DNA of 64,000 nt from Cyanophora paradoxa CCMP329. Lineage: Eukaryota > Plantae > Glaucophyta. Position 1 is the first letter of the stretch; each line of letters starts with the position of its first letter. The notes beneath the pieces were generated by a model. The model saw nothing but the letters and a program-made list of their open reading frames with translations, ran no database searches and had not been told where the DNA came from. Location of the stretch: the NCBI GenBank assembly GCA_004431415.1, contig QPMI01000477.1, positions 1 to 64,000 on the forward strand. Direction: 5' to 3'. Made by a program: the position numbers and the translations under genes. This document shows positions 21,728 to 35,425 of this stretch, in pieces.

Positions 21728-23516
21728 ATGCCGCAGGGAAAACTTCGTGTGTTTGTGGGCAGCGCCCGTAAGCTGAAGGACACCGACTGGTGCGTTGGGC
21801 CGCCCGACAAAGCGCGCCCGCCACTCTGCTCTCACACTCTTCGCTCTTCGTGTTCGACGTGGTGGATCTCCTCGTACAGGTTCAGCAAGCTCGGTACGCC
21901 CGTCCACCCGTTTTCCCTTCATATAAGGCGTCCCTGGTCCCGGCGCATCCCGCGCGTCTTCCGCCGGCCTGTACACGCCGCCTACGTAGATTTCCGTCCG
22001 ACGTCCCTGCCCGTCCCCGGCTCCCGCTGGCTCTCCGCAGTACCGAGCTCCTGCCAGAATGGCACAGCTAGCGGCTAACAGGGGACGCTCTAGCTTCTCG
22101 GCAGCCCCGCTTGATAGAGTCCCGCCACCATACGTGAGCCCCGCCTGTCACCTTGCGGGCCCTTCAGCCTTCCGGCCGCATCTGCGCTGTAGGCCCGTTG
22201 CCCGAGCTTGCCGCACGTCTGACGCTGCCGCGCACCCGCGCAGACCCCTACTGTATTCTCGCCATCGGCACGCAGCAGCAGCGCACGCGTGTCATGAAGG
22301 AGGGCGGCCGGAACCCGACCTGGAACGTGCGTCATCCATCCTCCGAGTGCGCTCCTGAGCGCTCACGCGCGGCCTTCGCTCGCAGGAAGAACTGGCGTTC
22401 GATGTCCACGATCACATGGTGTGCTTTCTCGACCGGCGTTCCTTTTCCTTTTGCTCACCGTGTTTTCCTCGCAGACCCCGGTCCTGTCCATCCAGGTGTA
22501 CGACTCGGACCCCGGTGAGCCCGCTCGCTCGGTACACTCTCGGCCTTTCTTTTTCGCGACCGCCGCGCAGGCAAGGACGACTTCATCGGCCAAGCCGACC
22601 TCAACTTTGCGGGTCCGGCCTCCGCCCGCCGCCCGCCGCCCACCCCCCGCCCCCGGCCGGGTGCGAGGAGCGGGGCGCAGACATGATTCGCGAGGGCCGC
22701 GCCGTGGACAGCTGGTTCGGGATCAAGAGCCACAAGGGCCAGTTCCGCGGGGAGATCCAGCTCCGCCTCACCTTCACCCCCGGCGGCGCCGGCGCCCCGA
22801 TGGGCGGCCCCGCCCCCTACGTCCGCCCCGTACCCGCACTCCCCTTCCCCCTTTCTCGATTGAGCTGACGGGCGCGTTCTGCAGCCGGTGGCTGGCTACG
22901 CCGCGCCCCCGGTCCGGCCTCGCGCGGGGCTCGCCCCTCGCTCGGCCTCCCCTGACGCGCCCGCGCGCAGGCTTACGGCGCGCACCCGCCCCCGTACGGC
23001 GCCCCGCCGCCGGTACCTACCTCCCTCCCCCGCCCGTCCCCCTCCCCCCGGCCCGGCCCTGATGGCGCCGGCAGGCCTACGGAGCGCCGCCCCCGTACGG
23101 CGCCCCGCCGCCGGCGTACGGCGCGCCCCCTCCGTACGGCGCCCCGCCCCCGGTGCCGCCCTTCCCCTCTGCCTCCACCGCGTCTCCTCACCGAGTCCCG
23201 GCAGGCCTACGGCGCCCCGCCCCCGTACGGCGCCCCGCCCCCGTACGGCGCACCCGCCCCGTACCCCCCGCCGGCCGGCGTGCGTCCCTTTCGCCCTTCT
23301 CCCAGCAGCAACGATTTCCGCGCTGGCTGAACGCCATCGCAGGCCTACCCGCCGCCCGCCGGCGCGTACCCGCCCCCGGCCGCTCCGGGCTACCCGCCGC
23401 AGCCGGGCTACCCCCCGCAGCCGGGCTACGGCTACCCCCCGTGCGCCCGCCGCAGCCTGCCCTCACCGTCCATGCGCGAGACTGACGTGCGCGCCAGGGC
23501 CGGCTACCCCCGCTAA
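21728..23516 (+). CDS. C2-domain protein with Pro/Gly/Tyr-rich (YGAPPP) tail, spliced
   Basis: MPQGKLRV..ARKLKDTD, DPYCILAIG..RTRVMKEGGRNPTWN, LSIQVYDSD, DDFIGQADL, RGEIQLRLTF; YGAPPP repeats. Confidence 0.85.
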
Positions 23517-23805
23517 GCGCGCGCCCCGCGCGTGTCTCGCCGTGCCCCTTGCCGCGGCGTGAGTGCCGGCCGCCTTCAGCCGCCACTGTGTTATGCTGTA
23601 GATACGCTGTTGTAGATACCGCAGTTAAGCGCCTCAACGCTGCACGCTCGCGCCCGGGTTAGTGGCTGCACGCTGGTGGGAGGGTTCGCATGTCATTCTC
23701 AATTCGCACGTGCGCGACTAAGTTACACACAATAATACGGAAAAAATGCGATAAAATTAAAGGAGCACGATCGTACCGCGCGCGGGGCGGGGGGCGCGGC
23801 GAGTG

Positions 23806-26641
23806 CTACTCGGTGAATACTCTGTCTGGCAGGGGGAGCGAGCTTTGGGAGGAGGGGCGGGGTGGCGGGCCGAGGGGCCCGTGCGGGGGCGAGGCGGCGC
23901 GTGAGTTGTGGACCGAAGCAGGGACGGTCAGCGGGGGGAGGACAGGGCGAGAGAGGATCTGCGGGGGCGGGCGGTGGGCGGGCGAGGGCGGGCGGGGGCG
24001 GGAGGGGCGGGCGGGCGCACGTCGCGGGCGTTGCCGGCGCCCTCGACACCGCGGATGGGCGGCAGGGGCCCCAGCGGGGCCAGGTGCGACGGCCTGCACG
24101 TGGCCGGCCCGTCAAGCCTGAGGCGAGACAGCGAAGCGGGGCGCGGTCGGCGCAGGCGCACCGGCGGTTGGAGGGGGGAGCGGGGGGCGTGGGTACGACG
24201 TCCACGCGCGAGGCTAGGTCCAGAGGCCGCACGCCCCTCGCGTCTGGCCGGGGGTTCCGGGCCTCAGGGCGGGGCGCCGCGGGGCCGACGCGGGGGCCGC
24301 CGGCACCTGGGCGGGAGCCGTGCTGCTTGTGGTCCTCGTCCCGGTGCGGGCCGGCCCGCGAGGCCGGCGGGTCCCGCACTTGCAGGGCGATCATCGGCTG
24401 CGGGCCGCCCGCCGCCGACTCCGCCACGTACTGCCACGGGGTGCGCTTCAGGACGAGCAAAGGGAGGGGCGGAGAGGCGGGGCGCGCGTCGGTGGAGGAG
24501 CAGATGGCGGCGTCGTCGACGAGGGCCGGCCCGCTCATTGCGAGGCACGAGCCGAGCGCCCCGCCCTGCACCGACGGGTCGTCCTGCACGCGTGTCGTGT
24601 CGCGTCAGGCGGGCCGCGTGCGCGCGTGGCGTGCGAGCGCAGGCGGGGCCGCCGGCACCCGCTCGTCGATGTCCTCCGAGACCTCCTCCCGCTCCGTGCT
24701 GCTCCCCGCCTGCGCGGGCGCTCAGGCGGGCTTCCATCGGGGGCGGAGTGGGGGCGGCCCGGCCGGCCGGGGGGCGCACGACGGCCTCTTCTTCGAAGCG
24801 CGAGTCGGCGGGGGTCGCCTGCGGGGACTGCGGGATCTGCGCCCGCCGGGGCGTCGGGCGGCGCCGAGGCGGGGGGGGGGGGGGGGGGGGGGGGGGGCGG
24901 AGTGGGCGGGGGGGAGCGCACGTCGAAGCCCTGGACGACGGGGGCCCGCCGGACCCCTGCGCCCCCGGCAGGCCGGCGAAGCCGCCTCCGGCGTGCGCCC
25001 CCTGCTCCACGTCCCGCTCCCGCTCCCGTTCACGCTCCCGCTCGCGCGCCAGGCTCCGCCGGGGCGAGCCGCGGGCCGAGCCGCGGGCCGAGCCGCGGCC
25101 GAGCCGCGGGCCTTGTCCACCGAGTGGCGGCCCGCCGCCTGCGGGCCGCCGCCGCCGGAGGACGAGGAGGGCCCGCTGGGCCGGGCGGCCCGCCGGCGCT
25201 TCTTGGTGCCGAGGATGTAGGCCATGCAGGAGGCGAGGAAGCCGTGCTTGGCCCGCCCGTGCCTCCCCGACGACGAGGCCGCCGAGCGGCGCGCCACGGA
25301 CTCGCCCGTGTGCGGCCTGCCCCCGGCCCGGCCCCGCTCGGCCCGCGCCGGCCGGTGGGGGGGACGGGGCCGGGGACGGCGCACCGGACTTCGCGCGTCC
25401 TCTTCCGCAGGAAACAGCGGTCCACGCGGACCTCGGACTGCGGGGGGTACGGGTCAGACATCCCGGCCTCGCGAGGGGGGTACGAGGGCGGAGCGGACCG
25501 CGAGCTCGCGGCGGGTGGCGGGGGCCTCGTGGGCGGCCCCCTCGTCGGCCCCGGGCGGCCGCTGGCCGTCGGCGGCGGCCGCGTCCCCCTGCCCCTCGGC
25601 GACCTCCTCCTGCTGCTGCTGCTGCTGCTGCGCCGGGGCCTCCTCCTCGCGCTGCGCCACGATGAACTCGTACGTCGTCTGGTTGTGCAGCACTGCGGCC
25701 GGGGGGTACGCCGTCGGCCCCACGGGGGTACGGGGTACGGGGAGGGGGGTACCGAGGTAGATGTGGAAGTAGAGGAGCTGGCCGAGGAGGAAGACGACGG
25801 GGAGGGCGAGGGCCTCGAAGGCGACGACCACGGAGATGTGCGCCACGGCGCCCAGCGTCAGCCGCGCGTCCACTGTACCCCGGAGGAGGGTCAGGCGGCG
25901 GGGCGGGGCGGGGCGGGGCGGGGCGGGCGCACCGCGGGCGTCGCTGGCGGGGCGGTCGGTGGCGAAGTACGCGATGACGCCGACGCCGACGATGATTTGG
26001 AGGACGACGAGGAAGAAGGAGGAGAACATGAGGAGGAGGAAGACGCTGCCCGCGCCTGGGGCCTCAGCGGAGCGGCGCGGGACGGCGCGGCGCGGCGCGG
26101 CGCCGCACCGGTAGTTGCGAGCGCCGACGCAGTTGTTCAGCCACTTGCAGTGGTGGTCGAACACGTCCACGCACTTGTCGCAGATGCGGCAGTGCTTGCT
26201 CTTCCGGTTGCTGCGGGGCGTGCGCCGCGCGCCGCGGTCAGGCGCGCGGGGCGGGCCGCGAGGGCAGCGGCTGCAGCCACTCACACGTTGGTCTGGCACA
26301 GGCAGCAGAAGAAAGCCTCATCCCCGTCGTGCTGCGTGTGGGCGCCGGGCTTGCCCAGCGCCACAGCTACGTGCGGGTCGCTGGGGTCCACCTGAAGGGC
26401 TCTCAGGCCTGACATGCCTGTGGGCTCTTGTTGTAGAGCAGGCACGCACCCAGGTGCAGTAGGCCGCGGAGAGCACAGTGCTGACAAGCAGCACCGTGTA
26501 TATCGCATCCGCCGGGGCGGACAGCTCATGCGGCAGGACCCGCGAGAAGAGCCCGTAGTAGACGCCAGCGAACGCGGCGATGAATATCCAGCTGCAGACC
26601 TGCAACACGTGCAGCGGCCGCTGGAAGCCGTTGGTCCGCAT
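23806..26641 (-). CDS. DHHC palmitoyltransferase (ZDHHC1/11-like), spliced; 3' end approximate
   Basis: [72 protein letters not shown]. Confidence 0.9.
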
Positions 26642-26781
26642 GGCTAACGCTGCGCGCTACGCTCTGGATTCCGCTGCGCCGCGCGGCATCTCTAGCTAGC
26701 CAAGCCAGATGCGCCTCTTTTTTTTGCTTAGGGGTACAGAAACTACCCTCGTCGTTCCCGAAGCTCGCACCTCGCCAAGAG

Positions 26782-28600
26782 ATGGCGGTCCCCTCCGTGG
26801 ACTTTGTGACGCCCTCGTTCGTCGATCCCCTTCAGGCGCTCGTCAGCCTCGAAGATGGTGCGCGGCCCGGGCGCCAACGCTCTTCAGCGCCTATATAGCT
26901 AGCAATTCATATCGCAATCGCTCGGCATGCGCAGATCACCGGCTGCTGCGCCGGTGCTTCGCCATGCTCGATACAAGCGCCGATGACAACGAGCGCTACC
27001 AGATCGTCGTCGAGGCCCTGCGCGAGGCGCGCCCTTCGAAGCTCGAACTTTTCGCGGTTGTTTTCGCGAGGACCGAGCGCGGCTCGCAGGTCGCCATCCA
27101 CGGCTTTACGGAGCGCAAGGCGCGGCTCGCCGCCGCGCGCGCCCTCTCCCGCCGCTTGCGCGCGGGGCTGGCGCTGCGCACGCGCTCGCCTCACGTTGCG
27201 CAGGTGCTCTATCCTCTCCTTCTGACGACCGGTGGGGCAGAGCTCTGCAGAGAGGGCCTCCGTCGCCACGACGCTTTGGAGGAGGGTGCACACGCGTACG
27301 GAGCCCACTAGATTCGAGTCCGGGTTGGATCTGAGCGCTAGCACGTCCGCGCCGCCCGCGCCCGCGCCCGCAGCCGCGGGCCGCATCGAGAGCATGACCC
27401 TGAAGGACCCCGAGCTGGGCCAGGCGGTGCGGCGCCCGCCCGCACCCCTCCCGGCCCGTCATCCTCAGCGCCCCTCCGCAGATGCACGCGCTGCGAACGG
27501 CCTTCGAGGAGCATACCCGCTTCGAGGACGAGCACGTGTACCCCGCCCTCCGGCGCGCCTGCACCCCCGGCTTCGCCCCCCGCCCCGCCCAGCCGCCCGC
27601 TGACCGCGTGCCCTGCAGCGGCCCCGTCATGTCGCAGGGGTCGGACTTCGGCTCCGGACTGCTCTCCGCCGTCGTCGCGGCCAAGCGGACCGCGCCCACC
27701 AGGTCCGCCGCGTACCCCCCGCGATCGGTCCGGGACGCCGTACCCCGCCCGAGCCGAGCCGGAGCGCGGCAGCCCGTCGACGCTGTGCCTGCTGGCGCGG
27801 GGCGACTGGACGCTGGCGAAGTCGGGCGTACCCCTGCCGGGGTCGGAGCCGGAGAACCGCCCGGCGCAGGGGCGGGCGGAGGAGGCGGGGCCCGGGGCCA
27901 TGGAGGCCGCCCCCACCGCCTCGCCGGGCCCGTCCACCCGCCCCCGCCCCCGAGGCTCCCCCGCATCCCCTCCCCTCTGACGGGCCCGCAGCCTCGCCGC
28001 GGCCGCAGGCGCCCCAGCAGCAGCCGCCGCAGGCCGAGGCCCAGCGCGTCGGGACGCCCGGTGCGCGTGCGGCCTACCACCTCTCAGCTGCAGCGGCCAC
28101 TGGCGGCCGCCCCTGACAGCCCATCGACGCGCGCGCAGTGTACTATGGCCTGCCCCGGTCCTTCACCCCGGGTCCGCCCTTTATCTTACCAGCAGCCTGC
28201 GCCGCGCATGGTGCTCACCATGACGTGCGCGCCCCGCCGCCGCGCTCGCAGGCATGTCGCCCCCGCCGCAGTGACCTCGCCCCTCAAAGCCCTCTTTCGC
28301 CTCCTCCCGCCGACGCCGACGCGGGCGCAGGGGCTGGGAGCGCGTGGGCTCGCCGGCCTCGTCGGGGCTCCCTTCCCCCTTCGCCCGTCCCGGCTCCGCC
28401 CTCGGGCCCGATCCCTCGCGCCCCGAGAGTGCGCGCGCCGGCGCCGCCCGCGTGCGCGCGCGTTCGCCGGCGCCGGCGCGCCGACGCCGGCCGGCAGGCT
28501 ACGGGGAGATGATGCACCGCACGCAGGAGGATCGGCCGGCCCCGGAGCCCGAGTGACGCACAAGCTTAAGGCGCAACGGGGCGCGCTCGGGCCTCCCAAA
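26782..28600 (+). CDS. Hemerythrin/HHE cation-binding domain protein, spliced; ends approximate
   Basis: DHRLLRRCF, VAIHGFTE..VLYP, HDALEE, FEEHTRFEDEHVYPAL. Confidence 0.7.
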
Positions 28601-28714
28601 GAGAAGCGCAGATCCTCGATTCGTGTACATATTGAAGCTATCAGGCGGCGCACGCGGCGTGGGCGCTGGGGACGCGGACGAAGGGCGTCTGCCCCACTCC
28701 CGGGTCCCCGGGCC

Positions 28715-30432
28715 TTAGCCTCTGCAGCTGCCGCGGGCGTCGGGGGTAGATTCACTTTGAAATGAGCGGGAGGGGGTACGCGTACCAGGAACTGCGGCTC
28801 GCCGGGGGGTAGCGCGCACAGGACAGAAAGCAGGTCCAGCATCGCTGCCTTCACCTGTGTACGGCGTTCCACCAGGGAGCGGGGTACGGTACCGGGTCAG
28901 GGCGGGGGATACCTGGTTCGAGTCCGATGCCCGGGCGTGAACCAGCAGCAAGTCGAACTGAGGGGGCGGGGGTACGGCGTCGGGGGAGGAGGGATACGGA
29001 AAGCTGACGCGTGGGGTAGGCGCACGAAATCAACGATCGGCTGCAGGTCCATGTTCGCGAAGTTGAATGTCCGATAGAGCCGGTACTGCAGGCGGGGGTA
29101 AGCGAATCGCAGAAAGGGGGGTACGCGGGTGCCCGCCTTGGGGGAGAGCTGCCGGAGCAGGAGGTAGGCCCCGCAGGCTACGTTCGCTCTGCGGTGGAAC
29201 AGCGGTTGCCCCGGTCAGACAGAGGGTACGGGGGGGTTCTAGGGGTGGTACGAGGGCGCGCATGAGGCCCCACGCGAGGCGGCGTGAGAAGAGGTCCCAG
29301 AGGGTGACCTCGCTCGGCCGATCCGCCTGCTGGGCGGTAAGGAGGAGAGGACGGGGGGTACGACGGAAGGGAAACGGGGTACCCTGCCAAAGAGGAGGGA
29401 GACGTTGAGCCACCAGACTGCGTCGCGGACGAGGCTGCGAAAAGGCGCGGGTTCGAATCCGACCGGCGCGCTCTGGCGGGGCGGCCCGCAGACCTGAAGC
29501 GGCGGAGGATGGGGGAGCCAGAGTCGGCGGGTACGGCGCGCGGGAGGAGGCTCTGCGCGGGGCCAGCGTCGCCCTGAGGCCCGGAGCGATGCGGAGAGCG
29601 CGAGCAGGGGCGAGCGAACGGGGAGCGGGGAGGGGATGTGCGCCAGGTCGATGTCTTGGTCCCTGAAGCACGCCGTCCAGTACTCCACGCACCTGCGCGC
29701 GCGCCGGGCGGCGCGCTCGCCCGCACGCCCGCCCGCCCGCAATCTCTGGGGGCGCACGTGGTCTGGAGGCGGAGGGAGGAGACGACGGAGTCGAGGAAGA
29801 CGCGGAGGGCGTCGGCGAGCGCCGCGTCGCCCTCCGCCTCCCGCACCAGGCCCTCCGCGAAGATGATCCCCTGCGGCGCCTTGTGATCAGGCCCCCCCCG
29901 CGCGCGCGAGGAGAGAGGCGCGGCTCTAGATCATAGATCTGGAGGGCTGGAGGGGCGGCCCGCCTGCATCTGGACGCGCTGCAGGAGCATGGACTGGTCG
30001 AAGCAGCGCCCGAAGATGCTGCTCTCCGCCTCGGACCGGCCCCAGCGACGGAGAGGGACGCCCGCGCACCTGCTCACGAAGGAGACGTACGCCTGCGGCT
30101 TGTGCTGCGCGAGCCGCTCGAGGACGGCCTGCGCGTCGCCCTGCAGGGCCACCAGCCGCGCCATGAACGCCGTCGACTTGACCACGCGGCTCCTCATCAG
30201 GCGCGCGAGCGACTTGCCGCGGTGCGGCGCCGTCCGTTCGCGCGCCGCCTGCGCCGCCCGCGTCATCCTCAGCGCAGGTGGCCCGCGCAGCGGTCGGGGG
30301 CGAGGGGCAAGGCCAGCGCACCGCGAGGAAGCCGCGGGCTTCAGGGAACGCTTCCTCGACCGGCCGCGAGAGCGCGCGTACGACGAACGGGTCCGGCGGG
30401 CCGGGCTCGAACTCCACTTGCGCCTCCGCCAT
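28715..30432 (-). CDS. Hypothetical multi-exon protein
   Basis: Coding-like segments (MAEAQVEFEPGPPDPF..., GIIFAEGLVREAEGDAALADALRVFLDS, VKAAMLDLLSVLC) separated by GC-rich introns; no family recognised. Confidence 0.4.
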
Positions 30433-31078
30433 CCGGCCGCGGGCGGCCGCGGCGAACGGAGCGAGTTGCGGGTTGCGTGGAGAGAGTTGCGAGGCTATCG
30501 ACGTCGGGGGCGCTGTATGCTGTGCTGCTCAGGGTCTTCTCGGGCGGGTACATGGCCAACTGTGCAGTCCATGGCCAGTTGGCAACGCGTACAAGTCCGC
30601 TGCGCATATGCGATCTTTGCTGCATGAACTGGATCCGGGAATTCGAATCCAAAGCGCTATATAGCTATATAGAAGCGCTAGCGCTATTCTAACCCCGGCC
30701 CCAGATCTAGATCTAGATCTGATTCCCCGTCCTGGCCCCAGATCTAATTCTAGCTAGCGCTTTAGTTGGGTATATATACGTATGGACTGAAGTCTCAGAG
30801 TCTCATTTGCAAGCGTGGCATGGACCGATACGTGGAATTCGAAATAACTTATAATTAAAGCAATTGCAAGCAGATCGACGTCGCCATAGCTAATAACACT
30901 AGCTAGCTAACTGCAGCAGCGCACGAAAAATACTGAAAACTTGAAATGTTGGCGCGAAATAATGCAAGCATGATAATGACGGATCGATCCAGCGATATGA
31001 AGCTGCAGCTGGAAACTCTCGGAAGAAGAAATTGGGCCAACCCTCGAGGGCCCCGATATCGATTCTACCCCACATCCA

Positions 31079-33074
31079 TTAGATTGCTCCGAACCCCGTG
31101 TGCCCGTTCTGCGGCCCGGGTGCACGATCGCGAGCACAAGCGCCCTCCGTCGAGGGCGGCCGGGGAGGACGCGGCGGCGGGCTCCGCTGGGCGAGGAGGT
31201 CGGAGAGGCGGCGGTGGAGGGCGGCCTTCTGCATCTCCGTCGAGCTGCCCATCCCCCAGCCGCAGTCCCGCTCCGGGTCGATGCTCTCCGCCGCCGCCCC
31301 ATTCGAGTCCGAGGCCGCGGCCGCTGGCCGCCGGAACGGGAGGGAAGGCCGCGCTGCCTTCTCCTTGCTCGCCGCGGGGGCTTCCAGCCCGGGCCCGGTC
31401 AGCTGGTGTCTGCTAAGGGCGCGGAGGAGCTCTCCGGGCGCCGTGCAGGACAGCGGCACGTCTGCAAAATTAATATTGAAGGACATCATGGTCAGAGCGC
31501 ACGATCGTAGGCGAAGCAATTCGAGCGCATGCGCACCAATCCAACGGCGGAGAGTGGGAGCAGTCTGATTTTGATGAATGTGACGGGGACTAGGTCTAGA
31601 CGGCCAGGGCAAGTCTGCCGTACTTATTTGCTGCGCGACGGATCATATGCATGTAATTAGAACGAAAAGCTTCGAATTCAGGATAATTAGGCTCAAATCA
31701 ATACCTCGATAAGGACGAGGAGAAAGGCGACGCCGAGGTCGTCGGGCAGGCCGGCGCCGACGCAGAGGAGGCGGATCGGGACGGCGATCGGCTCCTGTCC
31801 CGTGATGCGGGCGTACGCGTCCGCCAGGATCGAGATCGACTTCTCGAAAGACTCGCGACTCATCGTGCCGGAGGCGCCGCTGTCGATCTTCCAGTTCAGC
31901 TGTCTCGGGAATCAGCGCTAATTTGACGGCCCGGTGGAGAAATTAAACCGCAGCGCGCAAATTGAACAATTCGCGGCGCACCCGGGCGAGCTTCAAGGCG
32001 TGGTCACGAATCCACACGGATTCCGAATTTTTCGAAGAGTTTGAGGTAGGCTTCCACGTGCTTCGATGTAAGCAGGTGTGAAAAGCCTGCGGAAATTCAA
32101 TGAAACCCCGTTCAGAAATTGAATATTAATATATAAATCAAAGGATCATCGGGTATCGATTTATGAACGAGATCAACACCGTTGGGCAGCACGCCTAGAA
32201 CTAGCAAGGGCAGTATGTCTTGATAAAAAATTACCTCATATTGTCCGTAATTGATTCGTCTCTTCGAGTCAAACTTCGCGTTCGAGTCGGAGAGGGGATT
32301 CGCAGCCGAGCGGTATAGACACTCAACGCTCGATGGCGAGGTGTATTTAAATGTTTCCGGATCCAGAATCGCCGAAGCGAAATTTCCCGGTGTTGCCCCG
32401 CGGCTGACAATATTCCACAGCTGCGCATGCGTGAATCGTTATGAATTAATTTGATCACGTCGAATATACATACGAACCAGCAGAATGAGGCTTGCACGAG
32501 TGATGGGTTCGCGGGGGGACGGCTTGAGATCGATATCCAAGGAAGGGAGCTCGAGGGGCTTCGAGCAGAGGGGGGCGGGCTGCTTGCAGCGAGGGGCGTC
32601 GGCCGAGGAGCAGGAGCTCGAGGCGATGGACGCGGAGGAGGCCGGGGACTTGGGCGAGGAGAGGCCGGAGGGAGCGAGGGCCGGCTCCGGCTCCGAGTCG
32701 CTCAGGTCGAGATCTACACACGATATCGATCGCGAGCTCGAGACGGCCCTGTACAAGTGCGTGCCCGGGGGCGGGCTGTCGCAGTTGAGGGGGCGCGTCA
32801 ACGCTGCTGCCGCGCGCTGGCCATGGCCCTTGAGCTTCGCCTCGCGCTGCGGGGCGAGTTCCACCTGCAGATCCAGATCTTGGAATTGGAACACGTGCTC
32901 TTCAGGGCCTAGGGATGACGTTGAAGCTGTCCTTCCGAGCTGAGGGCCGTCAGCCGCGGCAGCGGCCGCACGTCCGCGGCCGGGTGCTGGCGGCTCTGAG
33001 CACGGTGCAACGGCCGTCGTCGACCTCCGGATCCACGCCTTCCGCCGGATGCTTCGCCACAAATCCATGGCCAT
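31079..33074 (-). CDS. Hypothetical multi-exon protein
   Basis: 211-aa ORF at 32439-33074 plus exon-like segments (LWNIVSRGATPGNF..., MSRESFEKSISILADAYAR, MMSFNINFADVP); no family recognised. Confidence 0.35.
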
Positions 33075-33407
33075 CGCACGTGTGTGCGCTGAGGAAGCCC
33101 GGCGCCCGGCGCGACTCGGCGAGTTTGCCGATGCTGCTTTTGCTGAATTTCTATAGCCGTACGCGTCCGGCCGCGGCCCAGATATCGATCTAGATTCTAG
33201 ACCAGCTGCAGGCTGCAGCCCGGCTGACGGTGCACGAGTTGAGCACTACTAGTACGTATACATACGTATATACTTTAGCTTGCCAAAAAAGTTGAAGCCA
33301 GTGAAGGCTTCTTCAAGGCTTGCAACCGCCCACCGCGGCCCACGCGTATAGGTATTCGTACTACCGTAGTACGGTACGCGCGCGTTTTCGTGGACCCGCA
33401 GTGTATA

Positions 33408-33787
33408 CTGTAGATCGGGAAATATTTAGTATACTGGATCTTTTTAGTACCAAAGTTTTGAGGTCTGAGTACTAAATATTTACCGTATATTAAACCTGAA
33501 CCGCGTGGGGGGGGGTACATAGCTCTGTCGCGTCGGCGCAGCCGTAGTTGCAGCGCGGGAGAAGCATGCCGCCGAAGGGAGTGCAGAAGCGCGCAGCGTC
33601 GCCTCCGAGCTCGAGCGACGAGCGTCCATCCAGCCGCCCGGCCACGCCTTGGCCTGATGCGTCCGCCGACTAAAGCTCCCTACTAAAGCGCTCCGCGGCC
33701 AAGTCTTAAATATTTTCAGGCTACTAAACCGGCCAAAACTCGGGATTACTAAATATTTTGGGGTCTTAAATATTACCCGTTCTACAG
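33408..33787. mobile_element. MITE, Tc1/mariner-like
   Basis: Imperfect TIRs CTGTAGATCGGGAAATATTTA / TAAATATTACCCGTTCTACAG, flanked by TA. Confidence 0.65.
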
Positions 33788-35001
33788 TATATACGTATAG
33801 TCGTCGACGTCGTACTAGTACGGTACTACGGTATACATGTAAGTACGGTATACGTATAAGCCGCGACGACGCGCGCCCACGGGCCACGGCCCACGCGTAC
33901 CGCGGCGTACGGCGGCCGCGCGCTACGAGTTATGGCCCTATGGCGCGATTTCCGCCATACAAACCTTTTCCGAGTCAAGTCGATTGAGTGAAACTCGGCC
34001 GAGTTTTAGACTGGGGCCACCTTCCAAGTCAAATTAGTACAGCGCCGGGGCCGTCGGGGTCCCCGTACTAATTCGACTTGAAAATGCCAGTGTTTTCCGA
34101 TTGGGCACGTGCCGGTATATTTCACATGCTATATAAAAGCTGCTGTTGGCAGTTACTAGGCGGCGGTTACTAGGACTATACCAAGTAGCTACTAGAACCT
34201 GCCAGGTAGCTAATTTACATAAGGGCAAGATCTGCCAAATTGGCCCACTGGCAGGAAACTTTGGCCTATGGGCCCAACTCGTAGCGGGCGCGGCGCCGGC
34301 CCGGGCGCCGGCCGCCCGGCGGCTCCGGCAGCTCCCGGGGGGTAAACCAAAACTCGCGCGTCAATCGGATTCAGGAACACTCGACACTGAGTCGACAGTG
34401 ACTCGACAGTGAGTCGACACTGATGACTCGACAGGCGGCTGAATTATTGCTCAAGGAATGCCATTGTGCCAAGGATTGTTCTGCCGACGTTTCAAGTGCA
34501 AAAACTCTTGAATTGATTGTTCCACAGCCCAATTGGAAGCTGGTTTGGGCCCAACTTTGGGGACAAAATCAGTGCAAAAATTGCGCCAAAAAATTCATCG
34601 AAGTGCACTGGCATTGGCTGATCAATTTTGCAGCGTCTGGCGCCGCAGACTGGCCCATGGGCCGCGGTAGGCTACCGGCCGGTACCGTAAAACAGAATAT
34701 ATGTACGGTCCCAAATTATGTCGTCATGAAAATTTTCAGGCTTAGCTTCGCTTCACCTCAACTTAGTTTACCCTCAGTTGTTTTGCCGTCACCTCCATCA
34801 GATGCTTCATCGATAAATGCTCGAAGAAGTCTATAATATTATCTTAGCGAAACGACAGATTTACGCGGTTGAATCTGCAATTGAAGAACGTAGACGGGAG
34901 CTTGTCCGGTCGCCAAAAATTGACAACCCAAAAAACACTTAAAGACGTAACGCATAATACAGAGTGGTAAAAGATTTTCTCGACTATAAATAAAGAGGAA
35001 C

Positions 35002-35238
35002 ATGGCGACTGTTATTAACATTAGCGACGATATGGTTAGTGTAATCGAATTCGGTGAAGAGGAAGATGTAGCACACGTCAATTATAAAATGAAAGACGCG
35101 CTGAGGAAACGGACGCTCTACAACGAAGACCCCGTATATCGGGAGTATAAGAAATCGCAATCGCTCACTTCATATTATCGTCGCAAGGAACGCGAAGGAA
35201 TCGAAAACAAGTCGCGGGGACGTCCACGAAAGTATTAA
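35002..35238 (+). CDS. Small basic viral-type ORF (C-terminal RGRPRK AT-hook-like motif)
   Basis: 78-aa intronless ORF with an AT-rich leader inside the captured segment. Confidence 0.5.
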   Translation: MATVINISDDMVSVIEFGEEEDVAHVNYKMKDALRKRTLYNEDPVYREYKKSQSLTSYYRRKEREGIENKSRGRPRKY

Positions 35239-35425
35239 GGGAGAATCCCATTTGACCGCTGAACCCAATTAATCATTTTTCGTGCGGTCTATCGATAGAT
35301 TTCGATAGATTCTTACTATCTCCCGATTGCCGTTTTTGGTAATTGGCGAGATATCAACCATTTAAAGGTTAGCCGCCAAAAAATGATAAAGATAAAATTC
35401 TTTTCTCCAACCTTAGTAAAAGACA

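Noticed and set aside
23688-30700. Many long overlapping Arg/Gly/Pro/Ala-rich ORFs (e.g. 24320-26395 +, 23908-25665 +)
   Set aside because: Shadow ORFs from very high GC on the antisense or alternate frames of spliced genes.
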